A DNA stretch of 40,537 bases from an uncultured Verrucomicrobiales bacterium (GTDB lineage: Bacteria; Verrucomicrobiota; Verrucomicrobiia; Verrucomicrobiales; DEV007), in the NCBI GenBank assembly GCA_938091905.1, contig CALKOM010000113.1, forward strand, positions 1-40,537, given 5' to 3'. The notes under the pieces are model-generated. The model did no database searches. It saw nothing but the letters and a program-made list of their open reading frames with translations, and had not been told where the DNA came from. This document shows positions 17,952-28,428 of the stretch, piece after piece (the stretch's first letter is position 1; each line of letters begins with the position of its first letter). The position numbers and the translations under genes are program-made.

Positions 17952-19790
17952 ATGGCCTCTGCTTCACAAGCTCCCCAGCCCCCATCTGACCTTGCATTCG
18001 TTACGACGATCCTTGGTCGACTCGCGATCCTAGGTGCCCTCGGGCTGGCACTCTACCTGGGCATCACCTCGTTGGTGAACGGGTCTATCGCCGGTTGTAC
18101 CGAAGGCGGTGGCTGCCACGAAGTTGTCGCCAGCAAATGGGGATACTTTCTTGGCATTCCTGTTAGCCTCCTTGGAGCTGGGACCTATATCGTTCTCCTA
18201 GCAAGCGATTGGTCGGGCTGTTGCCCACGCGTTCACGCTCTCTGCAGCTGGATGATCCTCCTCGCTGTAGGCTGGTTTGTTGCAGTACAAGCCTTTATCC
18301 TCAAAGAATATTGCCCTTGGTGCTGCATCACGCACCTCTTGGCCGTCATTGGTGTCGCCTGTATATGGAAGAAGGGCCCGGTGCCACCATCCCAGGTGAA
18401 GATCCTCCCTCTCGTTGGGCTCGCTGGCGTCGTCATGCTCGCTCTCGTTCAGGCATTCGGCCCGGAGCGAGAGACCACTGCCGGGCGTGCTCTAGCAGCA
18501 GGCCAAGAAATATCCGTTAGCGATGCCTCCAGTGCAGGTCCACGGATTGTCTCTTTGCATGGCGGCAAATTTGAGATTGCAGTCGAGGACTTCCCTAGCA
18601 TCGGAAACGCAAAGACGGCTAAGAACGTTGCTGTCGGCCTCTTCGACTTTACTTGCCCTCATTGCCAACATCTCCACGAGATCCTCTCAGACATTCAGTC
18701 TGAATTTGGAGATCAGTTAGCGGTTGTACAATTGCCAGGGTATTTCGCGCCAAAAGGGAAGGCTATTCAAGAACAGATGCTCGCCGTGTGGAAGGAAGAT
18801 AAGGACGCCTACACCCAACTCGCCACGATGCTGCACGAAGGTACTCTGAAAGCGGTTGAGCAAGAAGTAAAGACTGCCATCGGGGCTACCCTAGATCCTG
18901 ACAAACATTCTGACTGGCTACGGGCTCACGACGCCTGGACCAAGAAAGTGCTGGCCATGGGACAAGACATTCGCCAAGCGAATAAAAAGGTCCTAAAAAC
19001 AGGTAAGTTTCCACAACTCATGATCGGAGACTATGTCGAAGCGGGCTCGAAACCAAACAAGGGGTACTACTACGACCTCCTCAAAGAGAAGTTCGGTCTC
19101 ACTCGCACGAACGCCCCCAAACTCGCCGTGACGCCTACCTCTGTCGACTTCGGCCAGGTCTATCTGGGTGCCACGCAATCGATTGAACTGGAGATCACCA
19201 ATCCCGGTGGCCCCGCCGTCACGCTCTCTCCTCCTAAGCTACTCCCGGGCATGCGGGCCAAACCCGGCTTCGCCAAGACACTCGAAAGCGGCGCTAAGAC
19301 GACCATGATCATCGATGCCGTTCCCAGAGGTGCTGGCATCATGGAAGGCGATATTCAGATCCTCAGCGATGCAGAACCGGGAAGCGCAAAGGTTCATGTG
19401 AAAGCTGAAGTCTCCGCTCCCTATAAGGCTGAACCCAAGACCCTCGATCTCGGCCTGTACAAAGGACAACCCCTAAAGGGGCATACGACGATCACCTTTC
19501 AAAGCCAGGTGAAGTTGTCGCCACCACGTGCTAACAATTCGCGTGAATTCAAGGTCGGCATTAGGGAACTCGAGCCCGGTTTGCGTTACGAAGTGCATGT
19601 CGTCGCGACCCCGAACTCCACTCGGGCTGGCTTTCACCAAACAAGTATCACGCTGGACATGCAGCCCGTTGAAACCATCATGGCCTGGCCCAAATCTCTA
19701 CGGCTGAATGCGCGCTGCCGTGTCGCCGCGACAAACGCAAAGCCACCTGGAGAGAAGAAACCCCTTCCTATCCCTTTGCGCTCCAACTAA
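17952..19790 (+). CDS. VKOR - DsbA-like thioredoxin - Ig-like domain fusion protein
   Basis: VKOR loop GCTEGGGC..V..SKW and CPWC in the TM region; FDFTCPHC; C-terminal beta-rich LAVTPTSVDFG..ITNPG segments. Confidence 0.85.
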   Translation: MASASQAPQPPSDLAFVTTILGRLAILGALGLALYLGITSLVNGSIAGCTEGGGCHEVVASKWGYFLGIPVSLLGAGTYIVLLASDWSGCCPRVHALCSWMILLAVGWFVAVQAFILKEYCPWCCITHLLAVIGVACIWKKGPVPPSQVKILPLVGLAGVVMLALVQAFGPERETTAGRALAAGQEISVSDASSAGPRIVSLHGGKFEIAVEDFPSIGNAKTAKNVAVGLFDFTCPHCQHLHEILSDIQSEFGDQLAVVQLPGYFAPKGKAIQEQMLAVWKEDKDAYTQLATMLHEGTLKAVEQEVKTAIGATLDPDKHSDWLRAHDAWTKKVLAMGQDIRQANKKVLKTGKFPQLMIGDYVEAGSKPNKGYYYDLLKEKFGLTRTNAPKLAVTPTSVDFGQVYLGATQSIELEITNPGGPAVTLSPPKLLPGMRAKPGFAKTLESGAKTTMIIDAVPRGAGIMEGDIQILSDAEPGSAKVHVKAEVSAPYKAEPKTLDLGLYKGQPLKGHTTITFQSQVKLSPPRANNSREFKVGIRELEPGLRYEVHVVATPNSTRAGFHQTSITLDMQPVETIMAWPKSLRLNARCRVAATNAKPPGEKKPLPIPLRSN

Positions 19791-21607
19791 CGGTTAAGCG
19801 AGATCGACTCGGCATACGCCAGTTCGCCACTCCAACCGTCAAAGTATTGGAAAATCACCTGAGGATGGGGGTAGGCGACCAATCGCTTCCCTCCAAGCTT
19901 CGGTGGCATGTTGAAGACATTGTTAACCTGGACAATACAATAGTGCGGATAAAGTCGCTCTAGTCGAGGCAAGTCCGGAAGGATGTATGAACTCCAACGG
20001 ATATCACACTCCCTTGGTCCAAATTTCCACCGCCCTGTGGCAGGGCGATCACTTTCATCAAGTTTGGGAACATGGTTCACACTATTGTGAGGTCCACAAC
20101 AGAACTCCCATACGTTTTCCGTAACTTTGATGGCAAAGCTGTTGTGTAGGTCTCCCGTCATGACAAAGACCTTCTTCCCCAAAGTCTCCCACTCACTGAT
20201 AAGTTTCTCACGCTCATCGAAGAATCCGGTCCAGGCTTCCTCTTTATTCGCTTCGTCGGACTCGAAGCCACCAGCACCGCTATGCGGGATCATGAACGGG
20301 ACTGATGAGGTAAGAAAGAAGAAGTCGGCATCACTCGCTTTCATCGAGCTTATTAGCCACTCACGCTGCTGCGTTCCTAACATCGACAAACCAGGTTTAT
20401 CACGCTGACGCACGTCATGCATCTCGCGAGCCCCACGGGTATCTAGCAAGTAGAACTCACAGTTCGCCACGCGGAACTTCCCGTAGCTACTGCGACCAAT
20501 CGAATAAGAAACCTCGCCGGTTACCTTAGCTGGCATGTGCAACTCCAGCGTGTGGGCATCGATGACTCGATTGATACCGTAGACGTAGGAATTCTTGTGA
20601 CCGACATCGTTGTCATAGCGCATATCATTGGCACCAGCCTCTTTCGTTCCCCAGTGAACATGAAGGTTCAACATCGTCGTGAGCGGGAGCTTGGTGAAGT
20701 CCGCTTCTTGATCCACTAACAACTGACTATGCTCTATCATCTTCGCACGACCAAAATGAACGCGCTGACGATGCTCTACCGGATTTGCCCAACCCAAATA
20801 ATCGTACCATGCCCGGGTCCCTATATCCCTAAAGACCGTTCGCCGGTGACGCTTGCCCAGTGAGCCAGCCCCCCAGATATCATTCACCAATTCGTGATCA
20901 TCGAAGGTAAAATAACTGGGCACTTGCCGATGCCAAGTCGCTAGTGCATCTCCTCGATCAAGATACAGCTTATAGTTCTCCCATACTCCCACAATGGTCG
21001 GCATGACACTAACAGTACGCGGCACGGAAGCAGCACCCTGTAGCAAACGCCACGCTTCTGCTGGATACTCTCGCAATTCCTCGTAAAGCCAGTCTCCATT
21101 CATGATATGGAAATGGACCTTATCTGCCCAATCGCGGTTGAGGTGCTGGTAGGTTGGTAACTGATGCCCGATGCCGTGCAACGGGTTCTGATTGGCACAG
21201 GAACCGACTTCGAACCGAAAGTTGAATAGCCCACGAGGATTGTGCTCAGGATGTCGACTATCTTCAGCACTCGGGAGCGTACGGAAACTGGCACATTGTC
21301 CGTGAGGACGTTCATTCACCCAAATCTGGTAGTGATAATGAGTGTCGGCAGCGAGTCCGACTAAGGTCACATGACCGGTATTGTCGCGACCAAGTAGGGT
21401 CTCTCCCTGCACGTTGTCGTCCAGCTCGCCAGCCTTGGTGCCATACCGGACTGCAAACGCTCCTGGGTCTGATGTTCGCGCCCATACTCTGACAGAATTT
21501 GAAGTCACATGGCCAAGCATCGGCCCATGAGTGAGGCGAATGGGATCTCTCTCAGCGTGAACGCAAATGATGGAGACAAGAAGGAACGAGACTAGAATAC
21601 GCAGCAT
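19787..21607 (-). CDS. phoD: Alkaline phosphatase D (PhoD) family metallophosphatase
   Basis: HGPMLG..VRVWAR, GSC, NGDWLY, FDDHE, LLDTR, MLG..Q.EWL, TGDLH; signal peptide from ATG 21607. Confidence 0.8.
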   Translation of the reverse strand: MLRILVSFLLVSIICVHAERDPIRLTHGPMLGHVTSNSVRVWARTSDPGAFAVRYGTKAGELDDNVQGETLLGRDNTGHVTLVGLAADTHYHYQIWVNERPHGQCASFRTLPSAEDSRHPEHNPRGLFNFRFEVGSCANQNPLHGIGHQLPTYQHLNRDWADKVHFHIMNGDWLYEELREYPAEAWRLLQGAASVPRTVSVMPTIVGVWENYKLYLDRGDALATWHRQVPSYFTFDDHELVNDIWGAGSLGKRHRRTVFRDIGTRAWYDYLGWANPVEHRQRVHFGRAKMIEHSQLLVDQEADFTKLPLTTMLNLHVHWGTKEAGANDMRYDNDVGHKNSYVYGINRVIDAHTLELHMPAKVTGEVSYSIGRSSYGKFRVANCEFYLLDTRGAREMHDVRQRDKPGLSMLGTQQREWLISSMKASDADFFFLTSSVPFMIPHSGAGGFESDEANKEEAWTGFFDEREKLISEWETLGKKVFVMTGDLHNSFAIKVTENVWEFCCGPHNSVNHVPKLDESDRPATGRWKFGPRECDIRWSSYILPDLPRLERLYPHYCIVQVNNVFNMPPKLGGKRLVAYPHPQVIFQYFDGWSGELAYAESISLNR

Positions 21608-21680
21608 TCCCAAGTGTGTCTCGAGCAAGCACATCTTTGCAAGTCTGACCAACCGATCTCTGGCTTCGCGTCTTCACTTC

Positions 21681-22502
21681 TCAGCTCCGACCGGGAAAGC
21701 TCCCCTCACCCATCACACGAATCTGCCTTTTGAGAAACAATCGCCAGGCTAGTCCTAGAGCAATGCCAATGGCGGCGAGCAACACAAAAAGGCTCCACCA
21801 ATCTAGGCCATGTATCGCCATCCCACCCTGGTAGTAACGCAATGGAAAGAGCTTTGCAAAGACCATCAATTTGGGCTCAACCTTAACAAATACTTCCAGG
21901 AAGAAACTCGCGACGAGGATAATACCTACCGCGCCTGCAGCAATGATTCGAGATGGCAGGACGAAGCTAAAACACAACGACAGTGCCTGAAAGAACGTGA
22001 TAATAATAAAGAGCGAAAGGAACGGCAAGATGATGCCGCTTGGAGAAATACCCAACCCCGCAATGGGCAATGCCACTGACATACCGGTCCAGGCAATGGC
22101 TACCATAAGAAACGTGGCTGAAGCCAAGCTAGCACACCGCACCACGAACATCCGGCTTCGGCTCAGAGGGTAAGCCATAAATAAGTCCAAACGGCCTTGT
22201 TCCTCATCATACACGAGGAGCCCTGATCCAGAGACGACGGCAAAAACACCAAAGCTCACCGGCAATACAAAGAAATACTTCAGATGAAGCCAACCCACCG
22301 GAGTAACAAACTGACTAACATCACCAGCTATCGCCTTGATAATGAGCGGCATTCCCTTCATAATCCGCTCCATAACTTTCTGTTTGTCGGCAATGGACTC
22401 GTGCATGAACACCACTAGGATTCCGATCGCTGCCAGCCCAAGCCCCCAGAACACAATAGCCAAACGATAGCGCCTCAGCATATAGAAGAACGTCGCGCTC
22501 AA
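21681..22502 (-). CDS. ABC-2 type exporter permease
   Basis: About 6 TM segments; EEQGRLDLFMAYPLSRSR; overlaps the ATPase stop by 4 nt. Confidence 0.85.
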   Translation of the reverse strand: MSATFFYMLRRYRLAIVFWGLGLAAIGILVVFMHESIADKQKVMERIMKGMPLIIKAIAGDVSQFVTPVGWLHLKYFFVLPVSFGVFAVVSGSGLLVYDEEQGRLDLFMAYPLSRSRMFVVRCASLASATFLMVAIAWTGMSVALPIAGLGISPSGIILPFLSLFIIITFFQALSLCFSFVLPSRIIAAGAVGIILVASFFLEVFVKVEPKLMVFAKLFPLRYYQGGMAIHGLDWWSLFVLLAAIGIALGLAWRLFLKRQIRVMGEGSFPGRS

Positions 22503-23425
22503 GAAGTCACCCCCTGGTAGTGTGACAAGAAGACGTCCTCAAGTGTCACCGGCACCGGGTCGAAACGACGCACGCCATGCCCTGCCAAAGCTCGCAACAG
22601 AGCATCGAGGTCACCACGCACCTGCAATGCGAGCTCACGATTACTCCGATTAGCCATGACCCAAACGTTTGGCAACCGGTCAAAAACCTCCATGGCAATC
22701 GCTCGCTCCAACGTGACGTTCACACGCATCAACGCATTCTTCAGCAAATCAGAAGTCTCACCGCTGACAACGATCTCCCCCGCTCGCACAATCGCAGCAC
22801 GATTTGCCACCTGTTCTGTTTCACTCAGCAAGTGAGAAGAGAAGAAGACAGTAGCCCCACGCGCTTTCGCTTCTAAAACAAGCGTGAGCACTTCTCGCTG
22901 CATCAGCGGATCTAGTCCACTGGTTGGTTCGTCCAAGATCAGTAGGCGCGGCTCATGCATCACCGCTTGGATAATGCCGACCTTCTGCTTGTTCCCCTTA
23001 GAAAGATGACGAATAGGCCGACCCAGATCTAACTGCAGTCGCTCGGCCAACACATCCACCTGACGCGGGGCGACACTCTTCCCTCGTAGTCGGCGAAAAA
23101 GTGTCAGAGTCTGGCCCACAGTCAGCGCGGGATCCAAGTTAAGTTCGCCAGGCAAATAGCCTGTCTCAGCCTTCACCGCTAAAGAATCCATTTCAGGACA
23201 GCGGTCGAGCACCCGCAACTTACCGCCATCCGGACGGATCATGTTGAGCAAGCAACGAATCAGGGTCGTCTTGCCCGCTCCGTTCGGCCCAAGAAACCCA
23301 AAGACTTCTCCTTCAGGCACCTCCAAGTCAACTCCCCGCAACGCGCACACTGATCCGTAAGACTTGGTCACACCTTGGCAGGAGATGGCAGGGGAACACG
23401 ACGGCATTGAAAGCGAAACCTCCAT
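22499..23425 (-). CDS. ABC transporter ATP-binding protein
   Basis: GPNGAGKT, LSKGNKQK, LILDEPTSGLDP, SSH; start may be ATG 23407. Confidence 0.92.
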   Translation of the reverse strand: MEVSLSMPSCSPAISCQGVTKSYGSVCALRGVDLEVPEGEVFGFLGPNGAGKTTLIRCLLNMIRPDGGKLRVLDRCPEMDSLAVKAETGYLPGELNLDPALTVGQTLTLFRRLRGKSVAPRQVDVLAERLQLDLGRPIRHLSKGNKQKVGIIQAVMHEPRLLILDEPTSGLDPLMQREVLTLVLEAKARGATVFFSSHLLSETEQVANRAAIVRAGEIVVSGETSDLLKNALMRVNVTLERAIAMEVFDRLPNVWVMANRSNRELALQVRGDLDALLRALAGHGVRRFDPVPVTLEDVFLSHYQGVTS

Positions 23426-23477
23426 CGGGCCCCTTCAGGCGCAACCTGTTTAAGAGAGCCGGCGAAGCTCTCATTCT

Positions 23478-23491
23478 TGAGATAAATCTCA
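23478..23491. promoter_or_regulatory. Candidate operator palindrome in a divergent intergenic region
   Basis: TGAGAT-AA-ATCTCA perfect inverted repeat; AT-rich promoter-like stretch at 23521-23555. Confidence 0.3.
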
Positions 23492-23555
23492 GTAGCCGTT
23501 CTCAAATAAGCTGGATGCGTTTGATTTTTACAAAAAATTCTTATATTTATTATAA

Positions 23556-24806
23556 ATGCATTTTTTGAGACTTTTCATTCTCCTGGCCTTCGCCGTTACG
23601 TCGCTCCATGGGTCCAATTCTTCCCCAGAAGAGGTATCGCCGAACCTCGCCCTCGCCCGCGGCCTCGTGAATCTCTACTTCAGTGCCCCGCTAATCCACG
23701 ACAAGATGAGAGATTCAAAGAGCTGGGAAAAACACACTGGCCTTCCAGCGACCGACGCGATGCAACTCCTTCCAACAATCTGGAAAGCTTATCGAAAGAA
23801 CCAACGCAAAGCGTCCAAGAAAGCCTACGACCACCGAGAGATCGTCAATGGTGATGACAGAATGCCCTTTACAATAAAGCGGCTTAGCAAACGCTCTAAA
23901 GGTAAGCAGCAAGCTCTCACAATCTCGCTGCACGGAGGCGGTGACATGCCCAAGTCGGAGAATGACGCGCAGTGGAAAGCACAGCAGGAACGTTATCCAA
24001 ACGCTCCCGGGCTGTATGTCTGCCCCCGGGCACCTCGAGACACTTGGAATCAGTGGCACGGTGATCATGTCTACCCAATGATCGAAGAGCTCATCGAGAC
24101 CCTGCTCGTTCACGAGAATATCGATCCTAACCAAATCTATCTCATGGGATACTCCGCCGGTGGTTATGGTGCTTTCAACCTCGGCAATGCTATGCCAGAT
24201 CGATTTGCCGCAGTCGCTGCATCTGCAGCAGCACCATCTCCAAATCAAACACCAGCAGAGCATTGGAACAATCTTGCCTTACGATTCGAGATCGGCGAGG
24301 ACGACAAGGCCTACAACCGCGTGAAACTTTGCCGCACTTATGCCGAGTCCCTCGATGGTGTCCGTCGCCAGGACAAGGCTGCCTTCGACTACGAGTTCGT
24401 CGAGCACGAGAACTCCGGTCATCAGATCTCCGATCAGGCATGCGCATCTTGGTTAGGCAAACACATACGAATACACCGCCCTAAGAGTCTTGTCTGGAAG
24501 CCAAGCACGGCACGTGTCCGCCAGTTTTATTGGCTGGCTAATGATGAGGTGCTGCCCGGCCAGGAGATCGACGCGACGATCGACGGCAACCAGATCGAAT
24601 TAAAAACGAGTAACGTTAACAATCTCACGATTCGTCTAGATGATGCGTTAGTAGACCTCGATCAACCGATCACCGTGAAGGCCAATGGCATGAAAGTGTT
24701 TCAGGGCTTTGTGAAACGCGAACTTCGTAGCCTCATCAAGACAATGGAAGAACGCGGCGATCCACAGCACGCCTATTGTGCCGAAGTCAACCTCTACATC
24801 CCATAG
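23556..24806 (+). CDS. Secreted alpha/beta-hydrolase (esterase/peptidase-like)
   Basis: Signal peptide; LHGGG oxyanion motif; nucleophile GYSAG; IDPNQIYL; likely D (GEDD) and H (SGH). Confidence 0.8.
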   Translation: MHFLRLFILLAFAVTSLHGSNSSPEEVSPNLALARGLVNLYFSAPLIHDKMRDSKSWEKHTGLPATDAMQLLPTIWKAYRKNQRKASKKAYDHREIVNGDDRMPFTIKRLSKRSKGKQQALTISLHGGGDMPKSENDAQWKAQQERYPNAPGLYVCPRAPRDTWNQWHGDHVYPMIEELIETLLVHENIDPNQIYLMGYSAGGYGAFNLGNAMPDRFAAVAASAAAPSPNQTPAEHWNNLALRFEIGEDDKAYNRVKLCRTYAESLDGVRRQDKAAFDYEFVEHENSGHQISDQACASWLGKHIRIHRPKSLVWKPSTARVRQFYWLANDEVLPGQEIDATIDGNQIELKTSNVNNLTIRLDDALVDLDQPITVKANGMKVFQGFVKRELRSLIKTMEERGDPQHAYCAEVNLYIP

Positions 24807-24836
24807 ACGTCCTTGTCTTTCGAAACCAACGGCCGC

Positions 24837-27800
24837 ATGCTAGGCGGTGTGTTCATCCGGTTGCTATTCCTCCTAGCGTTCGCCCTACTACTTTGCCAGT
24901 GTGGGAAGAAGAAGCCCGCTTGGCAACCTGAAAGCCCCAAGATAACCACGGGGCCCATTCAAGGGGAGATGATCGCCCTCCGCCAGTGGGTAGCCACGGG
25001 CGTCGATAAAACCGGTCAACTAACTGCCCAACAAGGAACCTCAACCGAGGTTCTGATCCACACTGAAGAGGCCTCGACAGGAGAGAGTGTGACCGAGCGC
25101 TGGAGCCAGGAGGCGATCCAGATTCTGACAGCAATGCTGGACGATCCAGATTCAGCGCCGGCCATTGAGGTCACAGCCTTGACCCAAACGAAGAGCCGTC
25201 ACCCTCATTCCATTCGTCACGGAGGAAATCAGAACCGTGGCTGGGCACCGAGTCTTCTACGATCAACTGATCAAGATAGTGAACCTCTATCAGATTCATT
25301 GCATTCGTTGCAAAGACGCTTTAATGAACCGCCCGATGTTCACCTCAAGCCCATTTCTGTCGAATCGGGGTCTGATCTAAAGACTCGAATTCTGGTAACA
25401 CACACCGGCTCAACTAGAACATCTGATGGCCAATTGTTATTGCTCGAGATTCACGCCACCTGGCTCTGTGAGTGGCAAATGGATACTCCCCTCAAACTCA
25501 CGGGCATTACTCTAGAATCCTATAAAGAATCATTAGTCCACAAAGCCCCCCTATTCTCGGACGTCACCGCCTCAGTCCTCCCAGACTACCAATCACCTCA
25601 AATCCAGGGCGGCATCGAACACTGGAGCCAACACATCACCCGCTATGGCGACCTCTTTCAGACTGGCCACCATGGCCTCGCCGTGGGAGATGTGAATGGA
25701 GACGGCAGAGACGATCTCTATGTCTGTGATGGTGGTAGTCTTCCCAACCGGCTCTACGTCCAACAACCCGATGGCACGACGAGAGAACGCGCTCACGAAG
25801 CCAACGTTGATTTGCTCGAAGACTCACGAGGCGCCCTCCTCATCGATCTCGACAACGATGGCGATCAGGATCTCGTCGTCTGCACCATTGCCATGCTCGC
25901 CATCTTCGAGAACGACAGCACTGGAAAGTTCACCCTGCGCGGCGGGCATCCCGGAGCGCCCTTTGCAGGTTCGATCAGCGCCTCCGATCCCGACTCGGAT
26001 GGCGATCTGGACATCTACCTCTGTGTCTACGAAGGCAATGAACGAGATCGCACGCAGCGCGGCTTTCAGAGCAGCTCTCCTTATCCTTTCCACGATGCCA
26101 CAAACGGTGGACGCAACATTCTGTTAGAAAACATTGGAAACTTTAGCTTCGTCGATGCCACCGAGCGCTTCGGCCTCGATCTGAACAACTCCCGTTGGAG
26201 CTTCGCCGCTTCTTGGGACGACTTGGATCGCGACGGCGATCCCGATCTCTACGTCGCCAATGATTTCGGCCGAAACAATCTCTACCGCAATGACAACGGA
26301 CATTTCACCGACATCGCCGCCGAGGCCGCTGTCGAAGACATGGCCGCAGGCATGTCGGTCGCCTGGGGTGATTTCAATCGCGATGCCAAGCCCGATCTCT
26401 ACGTCGGAAACATGTTCTCCTCCGCGGGACGACGCATCAGTCAACAAGAAGACTTCGTACAGGGAAGGAGCGCAGCCGCCTTGTTAGGGACCCAACGCAT
26501 GGCCCGAGGCAACTCCCTCTTCGCAGGTGGCGACAACACCTTTCAAGACGTTAGTGAAACCGCTGGCGTGACCATGGGTCGCTGGGCCTGGAGTTCCGCC
26601 TTTGCCGATATCGACAACGATGGCTGGGAGGACCTGCTTATTGCCAATGGCTACCTAACCAATCGGCGAGACGACGACTTGTGAACCTTCTTCTGGCGAC
26701 AGGTCGTGTCGCCCACCCAGGACAATTCGCTCAAAGGCTGGGATGCCATCATGCGCCAAGTTACCCATGGTTACTCCTGGAGCGGTCAGGAACGCAATGT
26801 CTGCTATCTCAATCGCGGCGACGGCACGTTTGTCAACGTCTCCTACATCAGTGGCTTTGATCACCTCGACGATAGTCGGGCCCTCGGCCTTGTGGACTGG
26901 GACCGCGATGGCGACCTCGATGTCTGGCTGCGCAACCGTACCGCCCCTCGACTTCGCCTTCTTCAAAATACACAAGGCAACGGCCAACCATGGTTGCGAA
27001 TCACGCTAGAAGGGAAAACCTCCAACCGAGACGCCATCGGTGCCGTGGTCGAGATCACGACTAAGGACGGGTCTCCGTTAGTCAAATCTCTACGAGCCGG
27101 CGAATTCTTCATGTCCCAAGGAAGCAAAGCCCTCCACTTTGGTCTCGGACAACATCGTGACATCGCTCGGGTCCGCGTCCTTTGGCCCGGAGGAGCATGG
27201 CAATCCTTTCCACGCCTTTCCGCCCACAAACACTACCACTTACAACAAGGGGTCTCACGCCCAATAGAGATCCCCCTTCCCTCAGCGCCCACGGTCGCCA
27301 CCAAGACGGCAAACGCTGAACCTCGCGCCCGACAAAGCCCAATCCATTTGCCGGTCAAGATCCCCATCTTCCCATCGTTTCATTACCGCGACCAAGCCCT
27401 AAAACTCCAAGCGCTCCCGCCATCCAAGGCCAACCGTGTCATTCTGCTCTGGTCCAGCCAATGCGCCGCCTGCCGCAAAGAACTTCCAGCACTTCTCAAG
27501 CGTTATGCGAACAACACGACCGAACTACTCGCACTCTGCGTTGATCCCATCGACGACTCGGCAGACGCCTACGCACTCATGGACGAACTCGGCTGGCCCT
27601 TCCCCTGGGGCTTCGCCGAACGAGCAACGTTAGAAAGGCTCGAGCACTGGCAACAGATCCTCTTCGATCGCGCACCCACCTTAAGTGTTCCGTTCTCCAT
27701 CCTACTCGATTCAGATCACAATGTCCTGGCACTCCAACGAGGCCCTGGCGATCTCACCAACACCCTCCCCTTCACCGGACGCTGGTTCACCAACCCAGTT

Positions 27801-28187
27801 TCACCAGCCTATGTCTACGAAGACTTCGGTCGACTCTTTGGCGAGCGATTCCCGGCCGAAGGGCTCTACTACCTAGAACTCGCTGCACAACTCGCCCAAA
27901 CCAACAAGCTCCACCCTGAGCTCGCGTCCAAGCACCAACAACTCGCCCGCCAACACGCAGAAGCCAATCGCCCTCAGCAAGCGATTCACCACTTCGACAA
28001 AGCACTCTCCTTCAGCCCAGAATCAGCTTCACTCTGTCATAACTACGGCATCTTTCTAGCTCAGCACGGCCAATTGCCCAGGGCGTATCAGCTACTGAAA
28101 CGTGCTCTCCAATTCGCCCCTGACTCGGAGGCTACCAAGACCGCGCTTGAGATGATCGAAGCCGACCTAACGACACGGACACCCTAG
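24837..28187 (+). CDS. Lipoprotein: FG-GAP/CRTAC1 repeats, in-frame UGA (codon 616), ASPIC/UnbV, thioredoxin-like CxxC, TPR; putative selenoprotein of about 1116 aa
   Basis: ORFs 24813..26684 and 26706..28187 share a frame: ..NRRDDDL-TGA-TFFWRQVVSP..; DxDxDGDxD repeats on both sides; NRDAIGAVV and SQGSKALHFGLG (ASPIC/UnbV); WSSQCAAC; TPR tail; lipobox-like LLCQC. Confidence 0.75.
26695..26713 (+). other. Candidate bacterial SECIS hairpin
   Basis: TGA (26682-26684), 10 nt, then GGCGACA-GGTCG-TGTCGCC (perfect 7-bp stem; loop begins GG after 17 intervening nt). Confidence 0.6.
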
Positions 28188-28428
28188 CTGAACGAGACAC
28201 AAGTTTGCCTGATTCAGAGATAGCGCTACCAACCTCTACTCACACTACAATTAAACCCTCCGCGAATCGAGCTTTCTAGAGGCGCCCATCATAGAGGAAG
28301 AAACTGTTCTGGCATCTCGAAGGCGTTACTGACGTGCGCTTTCAACGTTGGTGGAGAAGTGAAATGGCCTCAGGAGTCTGTTCTTTCTTGCATTGTCGAA
28401 CGAATTACAGAGTCTCGGCCCCGCCACC

